A stretch of DNA of 64,000 bases from Candidatus Micrarchaeia archaeon (GTDB lineage Archaea > Micrarchaeota > Micrarchaeia > Norongarragalinales > UBA8480), in assembly GCA_039794045.1 (NCBI GenBank), contig JBAMLY010000001.1, forward strand, positions 1 to 64,000. Reading direction: 5' to 3'. Each line of letters opens with the position of its first letter. The stretch's first letter is position 1. A program made the position numbers and the translations under genes. Below, in pieces: positions 47,068 through 56,424 of the stretch. The notes under the pieces are model-generated. The model did not search any database, was not told the DNA's origin, and saw only the letters and a program-made list of their open reading frames with translations.

Positions 47068-47394
47068 TCACATTCTAATTACTCCTTTTTGCTTGAGAAT
47101 ATCTGACTGAACTGAAGTATAACGGAAGACTATGTCGCACTTCTTGTCTCCTTCCACGCTCCAAGGCACTAGTAGCACGTAGTCTCCTTCCCTCACCCAA
47201 ATCTTGTTCCTTATCTTGCCTGGAATGCGTGCTATTCTCTCCTTGCCGTCCTCGCATTGAACAACCATGCGACTGCCGCCGCTCAAGCTTACCACTATGC
47301 CCATCAACTCGCCTGGCCTGGGCATGCGGACTCTCACCTCGGAAGGCAAGGCATTGCCAGCCGTTTTCCTTCCCGCGCTTGCGTTGTAACTCAA
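47068..47394 (-). CDS. eif1a: translation initiation factor aIF-1A
   Basis: CEDGKERIARIPGKIR..IWVREGD, IVFRY. Confidence 0.95.
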   Translation of the reverse strand: MSYNASAGRKTAGNALPSEVRVRMPRPGELMGIVVSLSGGSRMVVQCEDGKERIARIPGKIRNKIWVREGDYVLLVPWSVEGDKKCDIVFRYTSVQSDILKQKGVIRM

Positions 47395-47416
47395 GAAACC
47401 ACTTCCACTCGAAAGC

Positions 47417-47824
47417 CTACTTTCTTATTGGGTGCTTGGCGCCGCACGCCTCGCACACGAGCACGCGAATACCTGACTCCGGCATTACTTCAATGTGAGT
47501 GTCTGGCTTGCCGCACTCCCTGCAAATGACTGCCAAGCCACAGTAATCCTGTATTTTGTCGTTCACTTGCTTGAAGCTGAACTTGCCGTTCAAGACGAGA
47601 CGACCGCCCTCGACCTCGCCGGGCACGGCGAGCTCGCGAAACAAGTACTTGCTGAGCTCTGCAGGAGAGCGCCTCAACTTCGCACAGACAGCTTCAAAGT
47701 TTTTCACGAAAGTCTTGTTTCCTTGAACCATGGTCTCGGCGACTGGGCACTCGAAGCGCTCGCCGGAATCTTTTTTCGTGACGCTGCGGTAAATGTTGTC
47801 TAACAGTTCTTCGTATCCAGGCAT
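47417..47824 (-). CDS. eif2b: translation initiation factor aIF-2 beta
   Basis: YEELLD, ERF, GNKTFVKNF, CRECGKPDT...CEACGA. Confidence 0.95.
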   Translation of the reverse strand: MPGYEELLDNIYRSVTKKDSGERFECPVAETMVQGNKTFVKNFEAVCAKLRRSPAELSKYLFRELAVPGEVEGGRLVLNGKFSFKQVNDKIQDYCGLAVICRECGKPDTHIEVMPESGIRVLVCEACGAKHPIRK

Positions 47825-47894
47825 TCAAACCATCCTTAATATGGAGAGAGAAAGCATAATAATAACTTGCCTGCGCCAAGCAAGCTCGCCAGCG

Positions 47895-48776
47895 CTAAAA
47901 CAACGCGTAAGCCGCGAGCGCGGCAAGAGAACAGAAAACGAGGGGCGGAAGAGCAGGAAAATACCCTCTGCGTTTTTGAATCAAGGCAAGCAACAGCACT
48001 GCGCCAGCAACTACTCCCACCGCTGAAGCCACACCAGCTCCGCCCACCCACAAGCCGTCCACGAAAACGCCGAGTGAAGAGTCAGCGCCACAAGCAGAAG
48101 CAGTAACGAGGGCCGGAATCACGAAGTCGCCGGTTCCCACTTCTAAGCTCTCGCGCTCCGCGAAAACTTTTCCAGCGCGTTCTCCAGCCTCTTTTTGGGG
48201 GCGAGCGCGAGAAAGGCCAGGCAACGCGAAAGTCACGCTGAAAGAACCGCCTCGCTCAGCGAAACCTTTTGCAAGCACTACCATGTGCTTCGTGAAAAAA
48301 ACGGCTACGACGTCGTAAAACGCGAGCAAAACCGCTAGAAGGAGGGCAGGAAGCAAGCCAAGGTTCGCGCCAAGCAAGCCACCCACCACTCCCGCCACTA
48401 CAAGCAACAAAAAGTTTTTAGTGGCTGGCTTCCACAACCGCAGCCCGGCAACCAAAGCCGCCAAAGCCGTTGAAGCCGGCTCGCCAGCAAAAAAAGCGAA
48501 CAAGACTTGAAAGGAAGCAAATAAGAGGAATAACTCGACCAGCAAGAAAAGCTTTATTCCCTTGTAGTACTTCAACAACAGCAGCATTGCAACGGCGCCG
48601 AACAACACGTAAGCGAATAAGAGGAACGCATTGGCTGGCTCGGCTGGGTTAGGGAACACTGGCTCGAGCGCGCCACTTTGAATCATTTGCGTGAACGCGG
48701 CGCCGTTGGCGAGCGCCAGCAACTGCACGAAGGCGAAGCCGAGCACTACGAGGACGAAAACTGGTTTGAGCTTCAT
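47895..48776 (-). CDS. presenilin/signal-peptide-peptidase (GxGD) intramembrane protease
   Basis: YD, KHMV.LA, GTGDF and PALP motifs in a multi-TM protein. Confidence 0.88.
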   Translation of the reverse strand: MKLKPVFVLVVLGFAFVQLLALANGAAFTQMIQSGALEPVFPNPAEPANAFLLFAYVLFGAVAMLLLLKYYKGIKLFLLVELFLLFASFQVLFAFFAGEPASTALAALVAGLRLWKPATKNFLLLVVAGVVGGLLGANLGLLPALLLAVLLAFYDVVAVFFTKHMVVLAKGFAERGGSFSVTFALPGLSRARPQKEAGERAGKVFAERESLEVGTGDFVIPALVTASACGADSSLGVFVDGLWVGGAGVASAVGVVAGAVLLLALIQKRRGYFPALPPLVFCSLAALAAYALF

Positions 48777-48887
48777 GCAGTACTCACGCACGCAAAATAT
48801 TAAATAAAGAAGGTAGCGGAAGAGAAAACGCTCAAACCCACCGAGTGCAACTGCTAAAAGGCAGGGCGCTAGTGCCTCTCCCGCAGA

Positions 48888-50981
48888 CTACCATTCCTTG
48901 TTGCGAGTGGCGCTCTTCACGTAGCCGGTCTTCGGCGAATAAAGTTCTCCGATGCGCTGGAGTTCGGAAACCATGCGGCGCGCGCTAGGCTCGTCTATGC
49001 CGAGGGAAGCTGCTTCCTTGACTACGTCGTCCACGCTCACTAAGTCAAACTTCTTTTCAAGCTGCGAGATGATGCCGAGTAGAGAGCGCTGCTTGTCTAT
49101 TTTGCTCTTGGGTTGGCCGATGTTGATAATATCGGAGTCTATCCTGCCTGTTTCCTTGTCCATGAATACTTCGCGCAAAACGAATTTCTGTAAGGCTATC
49201 GCGCGCTCGGCGTCAATAACTTGCACTGTATTGCTTAAACGCATTTTCGCGCTTGCTTCTGCGAGGCGAATTATGCCTTCAATGTAGCGCGCCGTGATTG
49301 GGAAGTTGTTTTGCTGGCGGCCCATGCGCCGCATTTCAATGTAAAAGTCTTTTATTTTGTCGGCGGCTTCAGGGGAAAGGACCGGGAAAACGTTTTTGCG
49401 GGCGTAAGCAACGTATTTGCGGAGGAGCTCCAAGTCTATTACTGGCGTTACTGGGCTGTCGGATTCTGGTTTCTGCTTTGAAGCGGCGAGCCTGTGGCCC
49501 ACTATAATGTGTTCCGCAATTTTCTTGTCCTGCGTTTCGTCCAGCGCGTCGCGAATGGGGAAAATCAAGTCAAAACGCGAGAGCAGGGTAGGCGAAATGT
49601 TGAACTGTTGGGCTGGTAAGGCGTTGGGGTCGAACCTCCCCATTTTGGGGTTGGCGGCTGCGAGGACGGCGGTCTGCGAATTGAACTGAGTAATTATTCC
49701 TGCTTTCGCGATACTTATTACTTGTTGTTCCATTGCTTGGTGCATTGCGCTCCTGTCTTCCTCGTCCATTTTGTCGAGTTCGTCGACGTTTACTTGCCCT
49801 CCGCTCGCGAGAACCATTGCACCAGCTTTGAGTATCCAGCCGCCTCCCACTTCGTCTTTCTCTGCCGCGGCAGTCAGGCCGACAGAGGAAGTGCTTTTGC
49901 CGCTGACGTAAATGCATTTTGGAGCCAAGCGCGAAACATAGGACAGCAACGAACTCTTGGCTGTGCCTGGGTCGCCGATGAGGAGAACGTGAATGTCGCT
50001 TCTCACGCGCTGGCCGTCTGGAAGAAACTTGTTTGGAGTGCCGCCGAACAACTGGAGAGCAATGGCTTCCTTCATTTCGTTGTAGCCCCAAATGCTTGGC
50101 GCAATGCTTTTCACTATTTTTTCGTAGAGGAGGGGGTCTTTGGATAAAGCAATTATTGCTGCCTCTTCTTCAGCGGAAATCTTGAGAGCTTCAAAATCTT
50201 GTTCTTTCTTTTGCAAGTGTATTACGTCAAAGCACTTGGCGTAAACGCTTGACCTCGTCTTTCCGTCTCGCACTGGCTTCAAGCGAAGGATTCCAGTCAG
50301 CGTCACCTTGTCGCCTGGGTTGACTAAGTTAACTATGTCGTCTTCCATCCAGACTTCAACGTGAGAGGTTGGCGCGTTGCCCCTCAAGTTTTCAACCAAA
50401 TCTTGCAACTGGGCGCGTTGCACGTTAACGAACTCGCTCTCCGACTCCAGCAACCTGAAATCCTGGCGCCCACAGTCCTTGGCGGAGCAAGCGCGCGGTG
50501 GCTTCAACGCGTACTTGTCTGTCTCCAACTTCATGACGTTGTCGCAGTGGAGACACTGCCACGCGGCTTTCTTCATGCGCGGGTTTATTCCAGTCACCCA
50601 CGAGAAAACGCCGTCCACGCGAATTAGTTTGTCCAAATGCTCGCTGCCGAGCGACTGCACTTGCGCTTGCAGTGCTTCAGGCAAGTTGTACACGCGCACG
50701 TGGGGAACGAATTTCTTGACTGAAGGCAAAGCGACTGGCACATTCATTTTGGCTATGGCATCTTCAGCTGCCTGCAGGTAAGCATCGCTTTCTTCCAGCA
50801 AGCCTTCGGCGAGCGACAAATTGTATTTCTCTATTTCAGCGAAGTCAACTTCAAGACTGCGTTTTTCAGGGAAGACTGCGGCGAGCTCGGCTATCTGCTT
50901 CTGCATCTTGGCTGAAAAGAATTCCTCGAAGGAGGCTATGGCGTCAATTGGTTCCTCGCTTTGTTCGCTCAAGTTTTTCAC
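48888..50981 (-). CDS. mcm: MCM replicative helicase
   Basis: Zn finger, GDPGTAKS, VGLTAA, DELDKM, AAANP, SRFD; no intein evident. Confidence 0.97.
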   Translation of the reverse strand: MKNLSEQSEEPIDAIASFEEFFSAKMQKQIAELAAVFPEKRSLEVDFAEIEKYNLSLAEGLLEESDAYLQAAEDAIAKMNVPVALPSVKKFVPHVRVYNLPEALQAQVQSLGSEHLDKLIRVDGVFSWVTGINPRMKKAAWQCLHCDNVMKLETDKYALKPPRACSAKDCGRQDFRLLESESEFVNVQRAQLQDLVENLRGNAPTSHVEVWMEDDIVNLVNPGDKVTLTGILRLKPVRDGKTRSSVYAKCFDVIHLQKKEQDFEALKISAEEEAAIIALSKDPLLYEKIVKSIAPSIWGYNEMKEAIALQLFGGTPNKFLPDGQRVRSDIHVLLIGDPGTAKSSLLSYVSRLAPKCIYVSGKSTSSVGLTAAAEKDEVGGGWILKAGAMVLASGGQVNVDELDKMDEEDRSAMHQAMEQQVISIAKAGIITQFNSQTAVLAAANPKMGRFDPNALPAQQFNISPTLLSRFDLIFPIRDALDETQDKKIAEHIIVGHRLAASKQKPESDSPVTPVIDLELLRKYVAYARKNVFPVLSPEAADKIKDFYIEMRRMGRQQNNFPITARYIEGIIRLAEASAKMRLSNTVQVIDAERAIALQKFVLREVFMDKETGRIDSDIINIGQPKSKIDKQRSLLGIISQLEKKFDLVSVDDVVKEAASLGIDEPSARRMVSELQRIGELYSPKTGYVKSATRNKEW

Positions 50982-51128
50982 CGGCGAAATAGCTCTTGAA
51001 TTGAAACAAATTTAAAGGCGCAAGCCACCAGTTTTCCACTGCGTGCCACAACTGGTTTGGTTGCCGCGCTTCCAACAACTTATTAATAACTTTTATTTAA
51101 CTGATTTGGAGAATAGTGGAATACAGGG

Positions 51129-51362
51129 GTGTTTCTCGTGGCTTTGAATAAGGAAGCGTCTGAAGCCTTCGAGGTGCTGGACGCTAAAATGGATGGCTTG
51201 AAAGAGCAACTGCAGAAGTTCGAGGCATTCGAGCAACACGTTGACAGAGCGATTGCCAACAGGTTGTACGACTTACGAGTAGTAGCTTACTTGACGTTAT
51301 TGCTCGTAGTAATAATGTTTTTCTTTCTTGTAGGCTTCGTGTTAAAGCAAGTGGGCTTGTAA
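51129..51362 (+). CDS. small C-terminally anchored membrane protein
   Basis: Coiled-coil-like N-terminus plus one TM. Confidence 0.5.
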   Translation: MFLVALNKEASEAFEVLDAKMDGLKEQLQKFEAFEQHVDRAIANRLYDLRVVAYLTLLLVVIMFFFLVGFVLKQVGL

Positions 51363-51388
51363 ACAAAGCGCTGCAAAAAAAAGAGTTT

Positions 51389-51790
51389 TTACTCGCTTGA
51401 AACGCGGGCCCAGATTTTCTTTCCCATGGCTTCAATGTACTCTACTTCTTTTCCTGCTTCCACTTGTGCTTGAAACTCGGCAGGTATTTCTAGCTCGAAT
51501 GTTTCAAAAGTCTGCGAGTCCATGAGTTGCGCGGTGCTGCCGCTTACACTCACTACTTGCGCGCGCTTTCTCTCCACCACGGGCACTTCAACGTCAGCGT
51601 CAGAGGGAGCCATGAGGGTGTGCTTGCTGCCGTCCACGATGCTTATTGCGACGACGTTTATCTTGCCTGCGCCGTGCTTGCCTGTCTTGCTGTGGCTTAT
51701 GCTCATCACGCGACAGGGGTGTTCGTCTATTATTACGTAGCGCCCTTCGCGTAAGTCGTTCATCGTTGCAAACATTCTGTCAACAGCCAT
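51389..51790 (-). CDS. eif5a: translation factor aIF-5A
   Basis: SKTGKHG hypusination motif. Confidence 0.96.
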   Translation of the reverse strand: MAVDRMFATMNDLREGRYVIIDEHPCRVMSISHSKTGKHGAGKINVVAISIVDGSKHTLMAPSDADVEVPVVERKRAQVVSVSGSTAQLMDSQTFETFELEIPAEFQAQVEAGKEVEYIEAMGKKIWARVSSE

Positions 51791-51912
51791 TCCACTAACG
51801 CCCTCCCAAATTTAACGCAAAAACTCATTTAGTAGGCAAAAAACACATTTAAACCCTTTGCACGACACGATAATTAGCGGCGTTAAAGCCAGCTTGCAAG
51901 CAAGGGAGCCGC

Positions 51913-52371
51913 ATGAAAAAAAACGCGACGCAAAAAGAAAGAGTTTTAAGGAAAGGCGTTGCCGCCGTAGTGTTCAAGGGCACTGGAAGCCGCAAGCGCT
52001 TTCTCTTGCTGCACCGGACTCTTAATTGGAGGGGGTGGGAGTTTCCGAAGGGCGGCATTGAGGGTAGGGAAAGCGCGGCTCGCGCCCTGAAGAGAGAACT
52101 CGCAGAAGAAACAGGGATTCAAGCGCGGGACGTGGAATACGTTAAGCCAACGAGGTTGCGGCTCGAATTCGAAAGCAAGGAAAACGAATCACGCAAGAAA
52201 AAGTTTTACTCCAACAAGGTTTTCTTAGTTAAAGTAAGGCCGCGAGCGAGAGTAAGGCTCGGCCGTTTTCCAGTCAAGGAACACGATTCTTTTAAGTGGG
52301 CACCCAAAAAAACGGCTTTGAAGCTCTTGTCTTTTGAGAGCTTGCAGCGCGTGCTAGAGGAAATAAAATGA
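51913..52371 (+). CDS. NUDIX hydrolase
   Basis: WEFPKGGIEGRES..RALKRELAEETG Nudix box. Confidence 0.92.
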   Translation: MKKNATQKERVLRKGVAAVVFKGTGSRKRFLLLHRTLNWRGWEFPKGGIEGRESAARALKRELAEETGIQARDVEYVKPTRLRLEFESKENESRKKKFYSNKVFLVKVRPRARVRLGRFPVKEHDSFKWAPKKTALKLLSFESLQRVLEEIK

Positions 52372-53120
52372 GTTCGTTTGTCGACGCGCACTGCCACTTG
52401 ACGCACGAGCTTTTCGCGGCTGACTTGCCGGAAGTGCTTGAAAGAGCGAGAAAAGCCGGAGTGGAAAAAGTTTACTGCGTTTCCGGAATGGCGGGACACG
52501 ACGAGAGAGTGCTCGACCTTGCCGCGCGACATCCTGGCTTCGTATTCCCAGTTTTAGGCGTTAGCCCTCACGACGCGCCAAAGACTAGCGACGAGCAACT
52601 GAAGGCCGAGCTGGCGCGCGTTGAAGAAAACAAGGAACAAATCGCTGCAGTTGGCGAGATCGGCTTCGAATTTCACTACTTCAAGGGAGAAGCTGAGCGT
52701 GAAGCGCAACGCAAAATTTTTCGCGCGCAACTCGAGCTGGCTGAGCAGCTGGGCAAGGCCGTCGTGGTTCACTCGAGGAAAGCAACCAAGGAAACCCTTG
52801 ACGAGCTGGCTGGATTCAACGGCAAGGTGATGCTGCACTGCTGCAACGACGCCTTGCTCGCAAGAGAGGGAGCGCAGCGCGGCTACTTGGTTTCAGTGTC
52901 AACGCTTAAAAGCCGCGAAAGACAGAAGATTATCGCTGAAACTCCGCTGGAAAGCCTTTGCTGCGAGACTGACTCACCTTTTCTCTCGCCGGAGAAGGGA
53001 AAGAGAAACGAGCCCGCGAACGTGGTTGCTGCTTACGAGGCGGTCGCCGTAGTCAAAGGAATTAGTTTAAGCGAGTGCGCCGAAAAAATTTACTTGAACT
53101 TGAAGCGTTTTTTCCGGTGA
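52368..53120 (+). CDS. TatD family nuclease
   Basis: DAHCHL, GEIG, VHSR, LHC, ETDSPFL. Confidence 0.93.
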   Translation: MSSFVDAHCHLTHELFAADLPEVLERARKAGVEKVYCVSGMAGHDERVLDLAARHPGFVFPVLGVSPHDAPKTSDEQLKAELARVEENKEQIAAVGEIGFEFHYFKGEAEREAQRKIFRAQLELAEQLGKAVVVHSRKATKETLDELAGFNGKVMLHCCNDALLAREGAQRGYLVSVSTLKSRERQKIIAETPLESLCCETDSPFLSPEKGKRNEPANVVAAYEAVAVVKGISLSECAEKIYLNLKRFFR

Positions 53121-53581
53121 TTGGCTTGGTTTTGCGTGGCTTGAAGGAAATGCTTGGCAAGAAAGCCGTTGACAAGAACATGGCAGTGTTCGTGGACGGC
53201 CCAAACATTCTCCGCAAAGAACTCGGCACAGACTTGGACAAAATAAAAAAGAAGCTCTCCAAATTCGGTAAAATCAAGGTAGCAAAAGTTTTCTTGGACC
53301 AGTTCGCTTCAGACAAGCTCATCGAAGCAGTCACCAACCAAGGATTCGAGGCAGTAATTGTTCCCAGTGACGTTGACGTAGCGCTTGCTGTAGACGCAAC
53401 AGAATACGTTTTCAACCCGCACATAGACATAATCGTGGTGGTGTCGCGCGACAGCGACTTCAAGCCTCTCATAACTAAAGCGAAGGCGCACGGAAAAGAA
53501 ACTGTTGTGGCAGGGTGCGAACCCGACTTCAGCACTGCCCTTCGCAACAGCGCAGACCACACCGTCGACATAAGAGAGTGA
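53117..53581 (+). CDS. NYN (LabA/DUF88, PIN-like) domain protein
   Basis: VDGPNILR, DVDV.LAVDA, SRDSDF; GTGA coupling with tatD. Confidence 0.9.
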   Translation: MIGLVLRGLKEMLGKKAVDKNMAVFVDGPNILRKELGTDLDKIKKKLSKFGKIKVAKVFLDQFASDKLIEAVTNQGFEAVIVPSDVDVALAVDATEYVFNPHIDIIVVVSRDSDFKPLITKAKAHGKETVVAGCEPDFSTALRNSADHTVDIRE

Positions 53582-53585
53582 GAGC

Positions 53586-53816
53586 TTGCCAGCCAGGAAA
53601 GACTTCGACGCAAGAATTGCGCTCGCCCGCAAGGCAGTGCTTGAAGAAAAAGAATTCGGTGGCGCGAAAGCGCTTGACACTCGCCAGCAAAAGCAGAAGC
53701 CGTTGAAGAAGCTTGACTTGGGAGACCGTCAGGCAATGAAGGAAATCATTAGGGCAGCGCGCCTTCAAGCAATAGAACGCCTCAAAAAACAATCTGGCCA
53801 CCGACTCACTCGGTGA
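53586..53816 (+). CDS. small basic hypothetical protein
   Basis: 76-aa ORF directly after the NYN gene. Confidence 0.45.
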   Translation: MPARKDFDARIALARKAVLEEKEFGGAKALDTRQQKQKPLKKLDLGDRQAMKEIIRAARLQAIERLKKQSGHRLTR

Positions 53817-53879
53817 AAAGGAATAGGCAGTGGAAGCAAGTATTTTTAAGTCCTATTCGGTATTCTTTCTTGTTTTGCG

Positions 53880-54434
53880 GTGAAAAATTTGAACTTTCCT
53901 TACGGCAACCCAGTAAAAACAGGCATAGATGCTGCCAGCGTGGACTTCCTCGCGCTACTCCGCGAACTTCAAGCCAAGATGTTTAACGGCTACTTGTGCA
54001 TTACCGTGAAGGGAGTGGGAGGACTAGAGGAAGGCGTAATGGTATTCGACAACGGCAAAATCGTTGCAAGCGTTTACGAGTACTTCAAGTACAACAAAAC
54101 CATTCTCGGAGACCAAGCATTCTTCAGAGTGCTTAACGCGAGCGCAGCCAAGCACGGCGTCATAGATTTGTACCAGTTAAGCAACGAGCAAGTGCAGTTG
54201 ATTCTCGCCTTCAACGAGCAAGCAATTTCTATTCCCACCGAAAAAGACTTCAAGTCAGTGAAGCTGGACCGATTCAATCCAGCTTTCGAAGAGCAAGTTA
54301 GAGAGCAAGCCAAAGCCGAAACCGAGGCAGAACTCTTGAAGAAATACAAGCTCGGCGAAGTAAGGGAAGAAAAGAAAGAGTCAAGCGAAGAAATTCCTTT
54401 GGGGGAACTCGAATCCCTCGTTGAAAAAAGATGA
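53880..54434 (+). CDS. DUF2226-like protein
   Basis: FNGYLCITV..G..EEGVMVFDNGKIV, GVIDLYQL; upstream of minD. Confidence 0.65.
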   Translation: MKNLNFPYGNPVKTGIDAASVDFLALLRELQAKMFNGYLCITVKGVGGLEEGVMVFDNGKIVASVYEYFKYNKTILGDQAFFRVLNASAAKHGVIDLYQLSNEQVQLILAFNEQAISIPTEKDFKSVKLDRFNPAFEEQVREQAKAETEAELLKKYKLGEVREEKKESSEEIPLGELESLVEKR

Positions 54435-54439
54435 CTTAA

Positions 54440-55234
54440 ATGACTTCAATAGTAGTGTCTTCAGGAAAAGGCGGCGTCGGAAAAACTAGTCTCGCAGTCA
54501 ACTTAGGAATAGTGCTCGCGCAGGCAGGCAAGAAAACCGTCGTCGTTGACGCAGACATAGCAATGGCGAGCGTAGGCATAATGCTTGGAATAGAGCGCGC
54601 CCCAATCTCGTTGCACAACGTGTTAATGGGCGAAGTCGAAGTCAAGGACGCGGTTTACGAGGGACCAAAAGGGTTGAAGTACGTGCCTTCAAGTTTGTCT
54701 TTGGAGCGCCTCAAGAAAGTAGAGTACGAGAAGCTGAGGACAGCAATAGCAGAACTCGAAACAGAAAACGATTTCGTCATAATCGACAGCCCTCCTGGAC
54801 TATCGCAAGACGCTCTCGCCGCAATTCGCTCGGCAAAAGAAATGATTATGGTCGTAACTCCGGAACCCGCTTCGCTTGCCGACGCCCTCAAAATAAAGAG
54901 CGTAGCGGAAAGAAACAACGTGAAAATAATTGGGCTCGTAATGAATTTCGTTACTCACGACAAGAGCGAGATTAAAAGGCAAGATCTTGAAACGCTTCTC
55001 GGCTTGAGGGTAATCGCGGAAATACCTGAGGACTTGGAAGCACGCAGGAGCGCCGCGCTGCAGCAACCAGTAGTACTGCGAGCCCCGGAATCGGATTTCG
55101 CGCACGGCGTGCTAGACGTGGCAGGTGCCCTTCACGGCGTGGAACTCAAAGTGGAAGCCAAGCCAAAAAAGAAAAGCGTTTTCTCTGGCATTGCCGCCGC
55201 CTTGGCTTCGTTATTCAAGAAAAAAAAAGAGTAG
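54440..55234 (+). CDS. minD: archaeal MinD-family ATPase
   Basis: SGKGGVGKT, VDAD, IDSPPG, IPED. Confidence 0.92.
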   Translation: MTSIVVSSGKGGVGKTSLAVNLGIVLAQAGKKTVVVDADIAMASVGIMLGIERAPISLHNVLMGEVEVKDAVYEGPKGLKYVPSSLSLERLKKVEYEKLRTAIAELETENDFVIIDSPPGLSQDALAAIRSAKEMIMVVTPEPASLADALKIKSVAERNNVKIIGLVMNFVTHDKSEIKRQDLETLLGLRVIAEIPEDLEARRSAALQQPVVLRAPESDFAHGVLDVAGALHGVELKVEAKPKKKSVFSGIAAALASLFKKKKE

Positions 55235-55280
55235 TGCTTGAAAATTTTGTTTTAAATCCTTTTTTTGTGAGGTGCGAAAG

Positions 55281-55505
55281 ATGACTGAAAAAAGACCGTT
55301 CGACGTCTTGAACAACGCGCTTGAGAAAAGCGTGCTAATAAAACTCAAGGGAGACGTGGAAATACAAGGAACGCTGGCAAGCTTTGACGTGCACATGAAC
55401 CTCGTCTTAGAAAACGCGCAGGAAATGAAAGGCGGAGAACTCAAGCGCAAGCTTGGCACCGTCTTGTTGCGCGGCGACACAGTCGTCTTCGTTTCGCCGG
55501 CTTGA
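55281..55505 (+). CDS. Sm-like (SmAP/Lsm) RNA-binding protein
   Basis: RPFDVL, GTLASFDVHMNLVL, LLRGDTV. Confidence 0.95.
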   Translation: MTEKRPFDVLNNALEKSVLIKLKGDVEIQGTLASFDVHMNLVLENAQEMKGGELKRKLGTVLLRGDTVVFVSPA

Positions 55506-55558
55506 GCGCAATCCATTTTAAGCATTCGCGGCAGAATAGATTAGCAATAGCTTCACGT

Positions 55559-55651
55559 GGGCCTGTAGATCAACGGTTCGCTCTCGAGAGCGCGTTAAAG
55601 ATCGCATGCATGGCATGCATGAGGTTGTGGGTTCGAATCCCGCCAGGTCCA
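55559..55651 (+). tRNA. tRNA-Ala(GGC) with 21-nt D-loop intron (55578-55598, position 20/21)
   Basis: GGGCCTG/CAGGTCC acceptor with G3:U70; CATGC-AT GGC AT-GCATG; strict BHB around the intron. Confidence 0.93.
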
Positions 55652-55687
55652 CTCCCTTTTTCTACTTTGCCGTCAAAACAATTATTT

Positions 55688-56170
55688 ATGGAGTGCAGGT
55701 TCTGCTCCGTCGTCCGAGGAGCCGAGAAGGCATTCAAGCTAGGCGAAAGCACGCACTGCATAGCCGTCCTCGACATTCACCCGAAAGCGGTTGGGCACTC
55801 GCTCGTCATCACGAAAAAACACTACAAGAAAATCACTGAAATGCCTGGCGAGGAACTGCACGACGCCATCGACTTAGCGTGCCGCCTCGAGGAAGCAATT
55901 CTTTCAGCGTTACACTGCGGCGGCATCGAGCTGCGCCAAAACTATTACCCGTTCATTCCAGAAAACGAGTATCGCTTAGACCACGTGCACTTCCACTTAG
56001 TGCCACGCGAGAAAAACGACGCGCTGTGGCGCAATCCATCCACGCGCTTGAAGCCAACCGAACACGAGCTAGAGGAAACCGCAGAAAAAATAAGGCGCGC
56101 CCTCAAACAAAAACAATTCAAGCTCAATCAAACGCCAAGCGATACCGCGAGCCAGACAAAACTAATTTAA
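55688..56170 (+). CDS. HIT family hydrolase
   Basis: CRFC, LDIHP..GHSLVI.KKH, HVHFHL triad. Confidence 0.92.
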   Translation: MECRFCSVVRGAEKAFKLGESTHCIAVLDIHPKAVGHSLVITKKHYKKITEMPGEELHDAIDLACRLEEAILSALHCGGIELRQNYYPFIPENEYRLDHVHFHLVPREKNDALWRNPSTRLKPTEHELEETAEKIRRALKQKQFKLNQTPSDTASQTKLI

Positions 56171-56196
56171 TAACCGCACCACAAAAAAGTATTGTT

Positions 56197-56313
56197 GGGC
56201 CCGTAGTCGAATGGTTAAGACGTCCGCTTGACATGCGGGAGACTCGGAGTTCGATTCGAGCAAGCAAAAGCCTTGCAACTGCTCGCCTGCTCGCGAACAT
56301 CTCCGCGGGCCCA
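56197..56313 (+). tRNA. tRNA-Val(GAC) with 44-nt T-loop intron (56256-56299, position 59/60)
   Basis: GGGCCCG/CGGGCCC acceptor; TCCGC-TT GAC AT-GCGGG; BHB CGGAG-TTCG-ATT.../...CGAA-CAT-CTCCG. Confidence 0.92.
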
Positions 56314-56424
56314 CTGCACTTTTTTGCTCGTCACTACGCTTCGCTTCATTCCTCGCAAAAACCTGCACTAAAAAACGTCAAACCAAGCGCAGCCTTATTA
56401 TATTTTAGTTGAGTGCCTTGAAAC

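Noticed and set aside
48888..50981. Inteins in mcm, cdc6 or top6
   Set aside because: Lengths are normal and there are no intein splice motifs
51018..51065. Inverted repeat with a TTTTCCACTG ORB-like fragment upstream of mcm (similar TTCCAGTG near 7329)
   Set aside because: Single partial matches; they lack the full TCCAGTGGAAA-type core and G-string, so they are not enough to call an origin
55502..55687. N-terminal extension of the HIT ORF, and ORF 55879-56412
   Set aside because: Both overlap tRNA genes; the real HIT start is the ATG at 55688
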